Of a stretch of 64,000 bases of DNA, positions 48,846 to 57,770 are shown one piece after another; position 1 is the first letter of the stretch; every line of letters starts with the position of its first letter. Source of the DNA: an uncultured Gammaproteobacteria bacterium (GTDB lineage: Bacteria > Patescibacteriota > Microgenomatia > Levybacterales > GWA1-39-11); the NCBI GenBank assembly GCA_964394645.1, contig CAYMYC010000001.1, positions 359,705 to 423,704 on the forward strand, in the 5' to 3' direction. The translations under genes were made by a program, and so were the position numbers. The notes under the pieces are model-generated. The model saw only the letters and a program-made list of their open reading frames with translations. It did no database searches and had not been told where the DNA came from.

Positions 48846-48850
48846 AACTT

Positions 48851-49486
48851 ATGTACTATTTTGAAAAAAGAATTCTTGATATAGTCTCATCGCTTCTTTT
48901 GCTGTTAGTTTTTTCCCCAATCATTATACTTACGGCAATAGCTATAAAAATTGATTCGAGAGGTCCGATTTTTGCTGATACTCCTATGCGCGTAGGAAGA
49001 CGCGGTAAACTTTTTAGAATGTACAAATTCAGATCTATGGTTCAAAATGCCTATGAAATTCTTTCAACTGATCCGAAATATAAAGAATTATATGATGAAT
49101 ATAAGAAAAGTGGGTTTAAATTAAGAAATGATCCAAGAGTGACTAGTGTAGGGCACTTTATCAGAAAATATTCCCTTGATGAGATACCGCAGTTTATAAA
49201 CGTATTAAAAGGAGATATGAGCATGGTTGGACCACGGGCGTACTATGCTGACGAACTAAATTATCAACAAAAAAAATATCCGCTCACACAGGATGCTGTA
49301 AAAGTTGTGCTTTCAGTAAAACCTGGCATAACAGGACTTTGGCAAGTTTCAGGACGGAGTCAGATTAATTTTGATAAACGTATTCAGATGGATGCAAAAT
49401 ACGCAAGGCGACACTCCATATTTTATGATGTCTATATAATGGCTAAAACACCCAAGGCGATGCTTTCGGCAAGAGGTGCAATGTGA
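48851..49486 (+). CDS. polyprenyl-phosphate sugar-1-phosphate transferase (PglC/WecP-like small 'bacterial sugar transferase')
   Basis: '[22 protein letters not shown]' re-entrant helix, '[19 protein letters not shown]', '[21 protein letters not shown]'. PF02397-type. 211 aa like PglC. Confidence 0.75.
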   Translation: MYYFEKRILDIVSSLLLLLVFSPIIILTAIAIKIDSRGPIFADTPMRVGRRGKLFRMYKFRSMVQNAYEILSTDPKYKELYDEYKKSGFKLRNDPRVTSVGHFIRKYSLDEIPQFINVLKGDMSMVGPRAYYADELNYQQKKYPLTQDAVKVVLSVKPGITGLWQVSGRSQINFDKRIQMDAKYARRHSIFYDVYIMAKTPKAMLSARGAM

Positions 49487-49555
49487 TAGGAAAAAAGCAA
49501 AACTTGATTTTAAATTCAAAACTGTGCTTTAATATACTATTAGACTTTTACTTGA

Positions 49556-51508
49556 ATGGAAGAATCAGGATTTACTAAAATAGATGTGAGTAATGCTCCG
49601 GTAAGGAAGTCTACCTTTGTAAGCTCACAACCACAAATGAAAAAAAAACGATTTGGCTTTTTTAAAACACGTAAGCAAAAAATTATTGGAATTATAGTTT
49701 TGGCAATAATTATTCTGGTTGTGTATATAGGAGTAAATACTTTTATATTTCTTAATGATGCCAATAAGACTTATGCGCAGGCAAAAATTGCATATGATGC
49801 AATAAAGCAACAAAATGTTGTAGTAGCAAAAGAAGAGTTGGTAAAAACTCAAAAGCAGATTTCTGTTTTGCAGCACGACTTATTACCAATTGCATTTTTG
49901 GGTTATATTCCATTTTTCGGTGGGTACTATAATGATGTTAAAAATTTAGTAGATGCATCTAGTCATGGGATAAATGCAGGTATAACTGCTACAGACTCAC
50001 TTATTCCCTACGCTGATGTTTTGGGATTAAAAGGGGATAAGAGTTTTGCCCAGGGAAGTGCAGAGGATAGAATTCGGCTTGCTATAAAAACGATGGATAA
50101 GGTTGTGCCTAAGATTGACACGATAGAAAAAGATTTGATTGCAGCAAAGAAGGCAACGGATAAAGTTAACCCAAACAGATATCCCTCAATTGGTAAATTG
50201 AAAAAGGTACACGACAGCTTGCAGGATTTAAAAAATATAGTTGACGGATCTGTTATAGCAGTTGAGCAAGGAAAGCCTTTGATTAAGTTATTGCCTGATT
50301 TATTAGGTGCAAACGGTGAGAAAAAATATTTGGTATTATTCCAAAATGATAAAGAGTTAAGACCTACAGGTGGATTTATGACCTTTTATGCTGTTTTTAG
50401 GCTTGAGCAGGGTGTAATACATGTTGATAAGGCAGGAGACATATACACATTAGATGATTCTTTACCGTCCCACCAGGCTGCTCCACCAATTATTGCGAAA
50501 TATCTTCCCAAGGTAGACACATTTAATATACGGGATAGTAATCTTTCTCCTGATTTTGTTGAATCCATGAAGACATTTAACAAAATGTATAACACCTCAA
50601 GAGATAAGGCTGATATTGATGGAATTATTGCAATTGATACGCATTTTCTGGTTTCGATTTTAGATGTTTTGGGAGATGTACAAGCTGGGGGTCTTACCTT
50701 TAATTCAAAAAATGATCCTCGATGTGATTGTCCTCAGGCGGTTTTTGTTCTTGAGGATAATACCACAAAGCCTGTTAACTACATTAAAACGAATAGAAAA
50801 GGGTTATTGGCGGAATTGCTATTTGCAATTATCCAAAAGGCTCTGTCTTCATCCCCGAAGGAATATTGGGGGAATTTGATGCAGACTGCAATTAATGATG
50901 CGCAAGAAAAACACGTTATGTTCTATCTATTTAATCCTGAAGCACAAAAAGGCATAGATGCGTTAGGTTGGTCCGGGGCAATTAAGCCATTTGATGGAGA
51001 TTACCTTCACATTAATGACTCCAACTTTGGCGGCGCAAAATCAAATTTATTTGTGGAACAAAACGTTCGGGTTGACTTCAAGATTGACGGGAATGGAGAA
51101 GTTGCAAAAACATTAACTATCTCCTATAAAAATCCTAAACCCCACTCTGATTGTAACTTAGAGCATGGTGAATTATGTTTGAACGCGACCTTAAGAGATT
51201 TTCAAAGAGTGTACGTTCCAAAAGGGTCTACGCTCGTTTCATCCAAGGGTTCTGAAGTGAAAACGACTGTTAAGGAAGATTTAGGAAAAACAGACTTTGA
51301 GTCGTTCTTAACCGTTAATCCTTTAGGCTCGGCTAAGATAATATACGAATATAAGCTTCCGTTTAAAGTTGAAGGCAAAACTTTACCTTTTCTTATACAG
51401 AAACAGCCAGGGACAGACGCTGTTCCTTATGAAATCTATGTAAACGGAAACAAGACAGATGCATTCAATTTGGTAACTGATCGTGAGATTCAAGTTCCTG
51501 TCCGATGA
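49556..51508 (+). CDS. DUF4012-like membrane-anchored extracytoplasmic protein
   Basis: N-terminal TM. Core 'KYLVLFQNDKELRPTGGFMTFYAVF' resembles the DUF4012 signature ('NNAELRxTGG'). Confidence 0.5.
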   Translation: MEESGFTKIDVSNAPVRKSTFVSSQPQMKKKRFGFFKTRKQKIIGIIVLAIIILVVYIGVNTFIFLNDANKTYAQAKIAYDAIKQQNVVVAKEELVKTQKQISVLQHDLLPIAFLGYIPFFGGYYNDVKNLVDASSHGINAGITATDSLIPYADVLGLKGDKSFAQGSAEDRIRLAIKTMDKVVPKIDTIEKDLIAAKKATDKVNPNRYPSIGKLKKVHDSLQDLKNIVDGSVIAVEQGKPLIKLLPDLLGANGEKKYLVLFQNDKELRPTGGFMTFYAVFRLEQGVIHVDKAGDIYTLDDSLPSHQAAPPIIAKYLPKVDTFNIRDSNLSPDFVESMKTFNKMYNTSRDKADIDGIIAIDTHFLVSILDVLGDVQAGGLTFNSKNDPRCDCPQAVFVLEDNTTKPVNYIKTNRKGLLAELLFAIIQKALSSSPKEYWGNLMQTAINDAQEKHVMFYLFNPEAQKGIDALGWSGAIKPFDGDYLHINDSNFGGAKSNLFVEQNVRVDFKIDGNGEVAKTLTISYKNPKPHSDCNLEHGELCLNATLRDFQRVYVPKGSTLVSSKGSEVKTTVKEDLGKTDFESFLTVNPLGSAKIIYEYKLPFKVEGKTLPFLIQKQPGTDAVPYEIYVNGNKTDAFNLVTDREIQVPVR

Positions 51509-52047
51509 ACTACCTAAAAGACACTGGATATGTGGTTAAACGCGTTAATTATTCTGAGGCGGATAAGTACATAACAATTCTTACACAAAGTAACGGAAAA
51601 ATTGAAGTTTTGGCAAAAGGCGTAAGAAAACTTACAAGTCGTCGATCTCCACAATTAGAATTATTGAATAAAATTTCGTTTCAAGCCGTTTCACGTGGAC
51701 AAAACTCTCGGTATGTACTTGCTGACACAAGACTTTTAACAACGCATGCTACCTTAAAGGAAGATTTAGATTGCGTAAAAACCTTATTTACAATGTGTGA
51801 GTTGGTATCTACTCTTTGTCCTTCATATCAAAAACAGGATGAGGCATTTTTTCTCTTGGACAAGACACTCTCATGTATGAAGGCGAATACGCATGCTTTT
51901 GATCTTCAGGGATTTCAGGTAAAATTGCTATCAATTTTAGGATTTTGGGATGCCCGTCACCCTTTTGTAGACGCGTCTGATATAACTCAATTCACAGAGC
52001 GCATAATGGAACGGAAAATAAAAACCACTGAATACTTCAAGAGCTAG
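51505..52047 (+). CDS. recO: DNA repair protein RecO (short form)
   Basis: N-terminal OB-fold 'GYVVKRVNYSEADKYITILTQSNGKIEVLAKGVRK' matches the RecO N-domain. 180 aa. Confidence 0.6.
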   Translation: MNYLKDTGYVVKRVNYSEADKYITILTQSNGKIEVLAKGVRKLTSRRSPQLELLNKISFQAVSRGQNSRYVLADTRLLTTHATLKEDLDCVKTLFTMCELVSTLCPSYQKQDEAFFLLDKTLSCMKANTHAFDLQGFQVKLLSILGFWDARHPFVDASDITQFTERIMERKIKTTEYFKS

Positions 52048-52181
52048 TAACAATACTGAATTTTACCATGAGTGCTTATTCAAATAATTTTTGGTATACT
52101 TACTTCAATAATAAGTGGTTAGCAGATTTAGATATAGCTCAAGATGAGTATTTCTGACATGCACACTTTTATTATAGACGT

Positions 52182-53690
52182 ATGGTTGATGATAATAACA
52201 AGCAAGAAAAATTTGAAAAAATTATTTCTCTTTCAAAAAGAAGAGGATTTATTTTCCCTGGGTCAGAAATATATGGAGGTCTTGCAAACACATATGATTA
52301 TGGTCCTATGGGAGTTGAGTTGATGCGGAATATTAGGAATCTCTGGTGGAAGGAGTTTGTTCACCAACGAGATAATATAGTGGGACTTGAGGCTAGTCTT
52401 ATCTCACATCAAGAAATATGGAAAGCTTCAGGTCACGTAGGTGGATTCTCCGATGCTCAGGTAGATTGTAAAAAATGCAAAACCCGCATGAGAGCAGACC
52501 ATCTCATAGAAGGATATTATGATGAACAATTAAGACTTCAAGACGAAAATGATAAAAAGGGTAATGGATCTTCTGTTCCAATATTTACGGTAGATGAAAA
52601 AAATTGGATATCAAATATTCTTGATAAAAAAACAAGGAATAGGCAGGTTGAGGGATTAACACCTGAACAGATGGACGAGGTCATAAAGCACTTCAAGATT
52701 AAATGCCCGAGTTGTAACGAGCATGACTGGACAAGTGTTAGAAAATTCAATCTTCTTTTTCCTGTTCATGTGGGAATTATAGAGGGTGATCAGGATTTAG
52801 CATATTTACGTGGGGAAACAGCTCAGGGTATGTTTGTTGCTTTTAAAAATATTCTTGACTCTTCTCGGGTTAAACTTCCTTTTGGTGTTGCCCAGGTTGG
52901 TAAAAGTTTCAGAAATGAAATTACTCCTGGAAATTCAGTTTTTAGAACTCTCGTATTTGAGCAGGCGGAAATTGAATATTTTTTTGATCCTGAAGCACAG
53001 GATTGGGAAAATCTTTACGAAGACTGGAAAAGTAAGTTGCTCACCTTCGTATCTGAAAAATTGGGTATAAAGCAAGAAAATTTAAGATGGAGAGTTCATA
53101 CTGATGATGAACGCTCGTTTTATAGTAGGCGTACTGAAGATTTAGAGTATAACTACCCTTTTGGGTTTAAAGAGTTGTGGGGTCTTGCCTATAGAACTGA
53201 CTATGACCTTTCGCAGCATGAAAAGTTTTCAGGAAAAGAATTGCGTGTTGTTGATTCGTCTACTGGTCAAAAAATTCTTCCTCATGTGATTGAGCCAGCC
53301 GTAGGTGTAGACAGGATGTTTTTAATGGTTCTCTCTGACGCATATTTTGAAGAAGATGCAAGAATTGTTTTAAAGATTGCTCCAAGAATTGCTCCTGTAA
53401 AGGTTGCTGTTTTTCCGTTACTTGCCAATAAAGAAGGGTTAATGAATCGTGCACGAGAAATATATTTAAATTTAAAAGCGCATACTCACGGTATGGTTAT
53501 GTTTGACGCAAGAGGAAATATCGGGAAAAGATATCTTTCACAAGACGAAATCGGAACCCCTTTTTGTGTTACAGTGGACTTTGAATCATTAGAAAATGAT
53601 ACTGTTACAATAAGAGAGCGTGATAGCGCAGAGCAGGTGCGAGTGAAAGCAGATGAATTGGTCTCATATATCACAAAAAAAATAGAGTAA
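52182..53690 (+). CDS. glyQS: glycine--tRNA ligase (alpha2 class II GlyRS)
   Basis: 'RRGFIFPGSEIYGGLANTYDYGPMGVELMRNIRNLWWKEFV' is the diagnostic GlyRS N-terminus. 502 aa. Confidence 0.85.
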   Translation: MVDDNNKQEKFEKIISLSKRRGFIFPGSEIYGGLANTYDYGPMGVELMRNIRNLWWKEFVHQRDNIVGLEASLISHQEIWKASGHVGGFSDAQVDCKKCKTRMRADHLIEGYYDEQLRLQDENDKKGNGSSVPIFTVDEKNWISNILDKKTRNRQVEGLTPEQMDEVIKHFKIKCPSCNEHDWTSVRKFNLLFPVHVGIIEGDQDLAYLRGETAQGMFVAFKNILDSSRVKLPFGVAQVGKSFRNEITPGNSVFRTLVFEQAEIEYFFDPEAQDWENLYEDWKSKLLTFVSEKLGIKQENLRWRVHTDDERSFYSRRTEDLEYNYPFGFKELWGLAYRTDYDLSQHEKFSGKELRVVDSSTGQKILPHVIEPAVGVDRMFLMVLSDAYFEEDARIVLKIAPRIAPVKVAVFPLLANKEGLMNRAREIYLNLKAHTHGMVMFDARGNIGKRYLSQDEIGTPFCVTVDFESLENDTVTIRERDSAEQVRVKADELVSYITKKIE

Positions 53691-53731
53691 ACTCTTGACA
53701 GACATGTGTTGGTATGTCAGGATAGTTATGT

Positions 53732-54223
53732 ATGAAATTTAATAAGAAAATTGTTATAGTTGTATCTATAATTTTTCTCTTCATTGCAGTTGGGGCAGGT
53801 GTTGCCTTCTTTTTGTTATCACAAGAGCCAACAGTTTCCACAAATACACTGAATGGCACACGGGAAATTAAAAAAATTTCAGCGTCAGATATTGGTCTTG
53901 AGATTAAGGTAAGACAGGACAAGAAAGGACTTGTGATGACGTTAAGTAATCTGGATGGTATTGACTCAGTTGAGTATAGTATTTCTTACGACGCAGAAGT
54001 TGAGGACGAGGGAGAAACCATAACAGTTCCCCGTGGGGTTGAGGGGAGTCCAATTAATGCCTCAGGGCAAAGCAAGATATCAAAAGATCTTGATCTTGGC
54101 ACATGCTCAAGAAATGTTTGCAAGTATGACAAAGTTGTAAGCGATGTTACTGTTACAATTAGAGTTAACTACAAAGACGGAACAGTAGGTGGTCTTGAGG
54201 AAAAAATTTCATTAAACAATTAG
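53732..54223 (+). CDS. hypothetical membrane-anchored protein
   Basis: N-terminal TM 'IVIVVSIIFLFIAVGAGVAFFLL', acidic soluble domain. Confidence 0.35.
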   Translation: MKFNKKIVIVVSIIFLFIAVGAGVAFFLLSQEPTVSTNTLNGTREIKKISASDIGLEIKVRQDKKGLVMTLSNLDGIDSVEYSISYDAEVEDEGETITVPRGVEGSPINASGQSKISKDLDLGTCSRNVCKYDKVVSDVTVTIRVNYKDGTVGGLEEKISLNN

Positions 54224-54344
54224 GTGTACATCTTCTCAGATTCTTAATCTAGTAAAAAATCTCCTTATAATTAAAATATTTTCACGGCAACACTACATAT
54301 AGTGTATCATGTGATTTTTGAACCTAAAAATGTTAAATAAGGGG

Positions 54345-54373
54345 TTGACATACCGTGAAAAGTTATTTATAAA
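54345..54373 (+). promoter_or_regulatory. sigma70-type promoter upstream of mraZ (TTGACA-17 nt-TATAAA)
   Basis: TTGACA at 54345..54350. Exactly 17-nt spacer. TATAAA at 54368..54373. Confidence 0.5.
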
Positions 54374-54390
54374 TATATAGTACATTAAAA

Positions 54391-54410
54391 AGTAGGAATA
54401 AGTAGGATAA
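54391..54410 (+). promoter_or_regulatory. tandem 10-bp direct repeat AGTAGGAATA/AGTAGGATAA (candidate MraZ operator)
   Basis: Two adjacent 10-bp repeats (9/10 identical). They lie 18 to 37 nt downstream of the -10 box, between the promoter and mraZ. Confidence 0.35.
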
Positions 54411-54461
54411 CTGATCTAAAAAGATATAGATTTCTTGAGTACGAGAGCGTATAATTACACA

Positions 54462-54911
54462 ATGTACTTGGGTTTTTACAATTCAACAGTAACAAAAAAA
54501 TATCAGTTGTCTTTTCCCGCCAGATTTAAAGAACTGACTGGGGAAAAACTTTTAATAACCACTTGGTTTGAAAAATCTTTACTTATTCTTCCATGTAACA
54601 CGGGAAAGAGTATGCTAGATAAGATGATTTCTGACGCATCAAGTTTACTTCCAGAGGTAAGAGACTTAGAAAGATTTTTTTATGGAAACGCGCAAGAAGT
54701 GAGAATAGGAGACAAAAACAGATTTTATCTTTCGCAAATGCATAGAGAATACGCCCAAATAGAAAAGGAAGCTATCTTTATTGGGGTTTCTGAGCGCATT
54801 GAATTGTGGGACAAGAATGTATATGAAAATTACGGGAAAATACGGGAAGTTCAGATAAGAGACACTGCCATTTCGCACTATAACCGTATTTTTAGTTTTA
54901 AACATAAATAA
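54462..54911 (+). CDS. mraZ: transcriptional regulator MraZ
   Basis: 'MYLGFYNSTVTKKYQLSFPARFKELTGEKLLIT' matches the MraZ N-terminus. The track start is TTG at 54435. ATG 54462 is preferred. Confidence 0.75.
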   Translation: MYLGFYNSTVTKKYQLSFPARFKELTGEKLLITTWFEKSLLILPCNTGKSMLDKMISDASSLLPEVRDLERFFYGNAQEVRIGDKNRFYLSQMHREYAQIEKEAIFIGVSERIELWDKNVYENYGKIREVQIRDTAISHYNRIFSFKHK

Positions 54912-55795
54912 TGAAGGAGTTTAGTCATATACCAGTTCTTATGCGTCAGGTGCTTGATTGGTTGAGTCCTGTGCCTGATGGGAAATACATAGACGCGACA
55001 CTCGGAGGAGGAGGACATACTGAAGAGATAGCTAAAAGAGGGGGAATAATATTGGGTATAGATCAGGATATTGATGCAATTGAATTTGTAATAAAAAGTA
55101 AGCAAGACTTAATTAATAATAACAAATTACGAATTTTTAAAGGGAACTTCAGAGACATAAAACAAATTGCAACGGAAAACGGTTTTGGTGAGGTTCTAGG
55201 AATACTTTTCGATTTGGGGGTGTCAAGTCACCAGTTAGATGATGGAAGTCGAGGGTTTAGCCTTAAGAAAAACGCAGTTTTAGATATGAGAATGGATGAG
55301 GGAACAAGAGTGCTGGCGAAGGATATAGTAAACACATACAGTAAAGAGGAGCTAACGGATATTTTCTTAAGGTATGGGGAGGAGGAGAATGCTAAAAAAA
55401 TTGCACAAGAGATAGTAGATGCAAGGCATATATCAAAGATTGAAACTACCCAAGACCTTGCGACAATTGTGAATAGAGTAGTCATTGGGGGCGGGAAGAT
55501 ACATCCTGCTACTCGTGTATTTCAAGCATTGCGTATTGAGGTAAATAATGAGCTAACTTCACTACAGGAAGGAATAGGTGATGCGTTTGATTTACTACTT
55601 CCTGGAGGGAAAATATTAGTTATATCATTTCATTCACTTGAAGACAGAATTGTTAAAAGAACATTTTCTGAGTGGGAGACAAAAGGTTGGGGAAGTAATA
55701 AGACAAAAAAACCAGTTGTTGCAGACCAAGAGGAATTAACGATAAATCCGCGTGCAAGAAGCGCAAAATTACGAATATTTGAAAAAACAAAATAA
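54911..55795 (+). CDS. rsmH: 16S rRNA (cytosine1402-N4)-methyltransferase RsmH (MraW)
   Basis: 'HIPVLMRQVLDWL', 'DATLGGGGHTEEI', 'FDLGVSSHQLD'. TAATG overlap with mraZ. Confidence 0.85.
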   Translation: MKEFSHIPVLMRQVLDWLSPVPDGKYIDATLGGGGHTEEIAKRGGIILGIDQDIDAIEFVIKSKQDLINNNKLRIFKGNFRDIKQIATENGFGEVLGILFDLGVSSHQLDDGSRGFSLKKNAVLDMRMDEGTRVLAKDIVNTYSKEELTDIFLRYGEEENAKKIAQEIVDARHISKIETTQDLATIVNRVVIGGGKIHPATRVFQALRIEVNNELTSLQEGIGDAFDLLLPGGKILVISFHSLEDRIVKRTFSEWETKGWGSNKTKKPVVADQEELTINPRARSAKLRIFEKTK

Positions 55796-55797
55796 CT

Positions 55798-56082
55798 ATG
55801 AAATTAAAACTAATATTTACCCTTATGATAACACTGATAGTCCTTCTCCAATGTGTGCAAGTTTATTTGTCAAATAGAATTGCAGGAACGAGCATAGAGG
55901 TTGCTAAATTAAGACAAGATATAGAGTTACTTGATGAGAAGAATACGAGTCTAAAAACACAGCTACTTGCGCACTCATCATTTACCTCAGTTGCATCCAG
56001 AGCAGCAGAGCTTGGGTTTACTGAAACAAAAAATAATGTTATTCTTTTAAAAGCTCCGCTGCCAGTTGCTGTTTCTTACTAA
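55798..56082 (+). CDS. ftsL: cell division protein FtsL-like
   Basis: 94 aa. Single N-terminal TM plus coiled-coil. Positioned between rsmH and ftsI as in dcw clusters. Confidence 0.5.
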   Translation: MKLKLIFTLMITLIVLLQCVQVYLSNRIAGTSIEVAKLRQDIELLDEKNTSLKTQLLAHSSFTSVASRAAELGFTETKNNVILLKAPLPVAVSY

Positions 56083-56084
56083 CA

Positions 56085-57770
56085 ATGCCAACAAGAAGTA
56101 CAAAGTTTCGTCTCATATTTGTCTTAAGTTTTTTTGCTGTATTATATTTATTGGTTTTACTCCGTTTATTTTATTGGCAAGTTGTTCGAGCCGATGAGTT
56201 AAAAACTATTGGTGAGAAGCAAAGTTCTGATAGAATAATCATTAACGCAACACGAGGTGAAATTCTTGCTTCTGATTCATTCCCGCTTGCCACAAATAAA
56301 ATTTCGTATCTTCTGTATGCAAATCCTAAGGTGGTAAGTAATGTAGAGGACTATGCAAAGGTGTTATCTCCCGTACTGACAATTGATGAGTCTTCAATAG
56401 CTGCAAAACTAAAGCAGAATCTTTTTTGGGTACGGATTGCCCAAAAACTTCATGATACAAAAAAACAAGAAGTTGAGAGGTTAGATCTTGCTGGACTTGG
56501 ATTTTATGAACAGTCTGATAGATATTACCCTGAAGCATCTATGGCAGCACAACTAATTGGTTTTTTAGGGATTGATAAGAGTGGGGGAAATAGGGGATTT
56601 TTTGGGTTGGAAGGTTATTATAACGATCAGTTAAGCGGAAGAAGTGGAAGTTTATATGTTGTAAAAGATGCGTTGGGTCACCCTGTGGTAAATGATATAC
56701 GTGAAGAAAAAAAGATTGACGGTAGAAGTATACAGTTAACAATGGATCGAACGATTCAATATCTTTCTCAAAAAAGATTGTTAGACGGAGTAAGTAAGTA
56801 TGAGGCAGAGGGTGGAAGTATTATTGTTTTAAATACTAAAACGGGAGGGATTTTAGCTGCTGCTTCAACTCCAAACTTTGATCCACAACATTACTATGAC
56901 TTCGATCCGAAATCATTAAAAAACCCAATAATATCTGATCTTTATGAGCCAGGCTCTACATTTAAAGTGCTTGTAATGGCAGCAGCACTTGATTTAGGAA
57001 AGGTAAAGCCAGATACAAAATGTGATATTTGTTCAGGTCCTGTATCTATAGGTGAGTATGATATAAGAACATGGAATAATAAATATTTTCCTAATACTAC
57101 AATGACTGATGTCATTCAGCACTCTGACAACACGGGAATGGTATTTGTAGGGAGAAGATTGGGGGAAAAAAATCTTTTATCATATATTAAACAATTTGGT
57201 ATTGGAGATGTAACGGGTGTCGATCTTCAGGGTGAAACGTCAGGTGAGTTAAGGACTGACTGGCATGATATTGATTATGCTACTACTACTTTTGGGCAGG
57301 GAATTTCAGTTACTCCATTGCAGTTGATAACTTCTGTGAATAGTATTGCAAATAGTGGAAAGTTGGTAAAGCCGTACATTGTTTCAAAAATAATAACCGA
57401 GGATGGAAAAGTCATCCCAATGAAGACGAATTCCTATAAGCGTGTTGTCAAAGAGTCTACTGCCAAGGTGGTAACGTGGATGATGGTAAATGCAGTAGAG
57501 AAGGGAGAAGCAAAATGGACAAAACTTCCACACTATTCAATAGCAGGGAAAACAGGAACAGCGCAAATTCCAGTTGCAGGTCATTATGATCCGAACCAAA
57601 CTGTTACATCATTTGTAGGTTTTTTCCCTGCAGAAGACCCGCAAATAACTATGTTGGTTGTAGTTCATAAGCCAAAAACATCAATATATGGATCAGAAAC
57701 AGCAGCACCAATATTTTTTGCTGCGGCAAAAGACATCATACAGTATTTGGGAATTCCCCCTTCAAATTAA
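56085..57770 (+). CDS. ftsI: penicillin-binding protein 2/3 (FtsI-type transpeptidase)
   Basis: N-terminal TM. 'GSTFKVLVMAAAL' (SxxK), 'HSDNTG' (SxN), 'GKTGTA' (KTG) motifs. Confidence 0.8.
   Translation: MPTRSTKFRLIFVLSFFAVLYLLVLLRLFYWQVVRADELKTIGEKQSSDRIIINATRGEILASDSFPLATNKISYLLYANPKVVSNVEDYAKVLSPVLTIDESSIAAKLKQNLFWVRIAQKLHDTKKQEVERLDLAGLGFYEQSDRYYPEASMAAQLIGFLGIDKSGGNRGFFGLEGYYNDQLSGRSGSLYVVKDALGHPVVNDIREEKKIDGRSIQLTMDRTIQYLSQKRLLDGVSKYEAEGGSIIVLNTKTGGILAAASTPNFDPQHYYDFDPKSLKNPIISDLYEPGSTFKVLVMAAALDLGKVKPDTKCDICSGPVSIGEYDIRTWNNKYFPNTTMTDVIQHSDNTGMVFVGRRLGEKNLLSYIKQFGIGDVTGVDLQGETSGELRTDWHDIDYATTTFGQGISVTPLQLITSVNSIANSGKLVKPYIVSKIITEDGKVIPMKTNSYKRVVKESTAKVVTWMMVNAVEKGEAKWTKLPHYSIAGKTGTAQIPVAGHYDPNQTVTSFVGFFPAEDPQITMLVVVHKPKTSIYGSETAAPIFFAAAKDIIQYLGIPPSN

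Noticed and set aside
52048-52181. Possible glycine T-box or riboswitch leader upstream of glyQS
   Set aside because: The spacer is only 134 nt and AT-rich, with no recognisable specifier-loop or T-box (AATTAGGGTGGNACCGCG-like) sequence. Too short for a T-box.
52182-53690. Initial impression of a prolyl-tRNA synthetase
   Set aside because: The N-terminal 'RRGFIFPGSEIYGGL...YDYGPMGVEL' block is diagnostic of alpha2-type GlyRS, not ProRS. Re-called as glycine--tRNA ligase.
53691-53731. TTGACA plus inverted repeat (GACAT...ATGTC) after glyQS as promoter or terminator
   Set aside because: No properly spaced -10 box follows the TTGACA. The stem is only 5 bp. Insufficient evidence either way.
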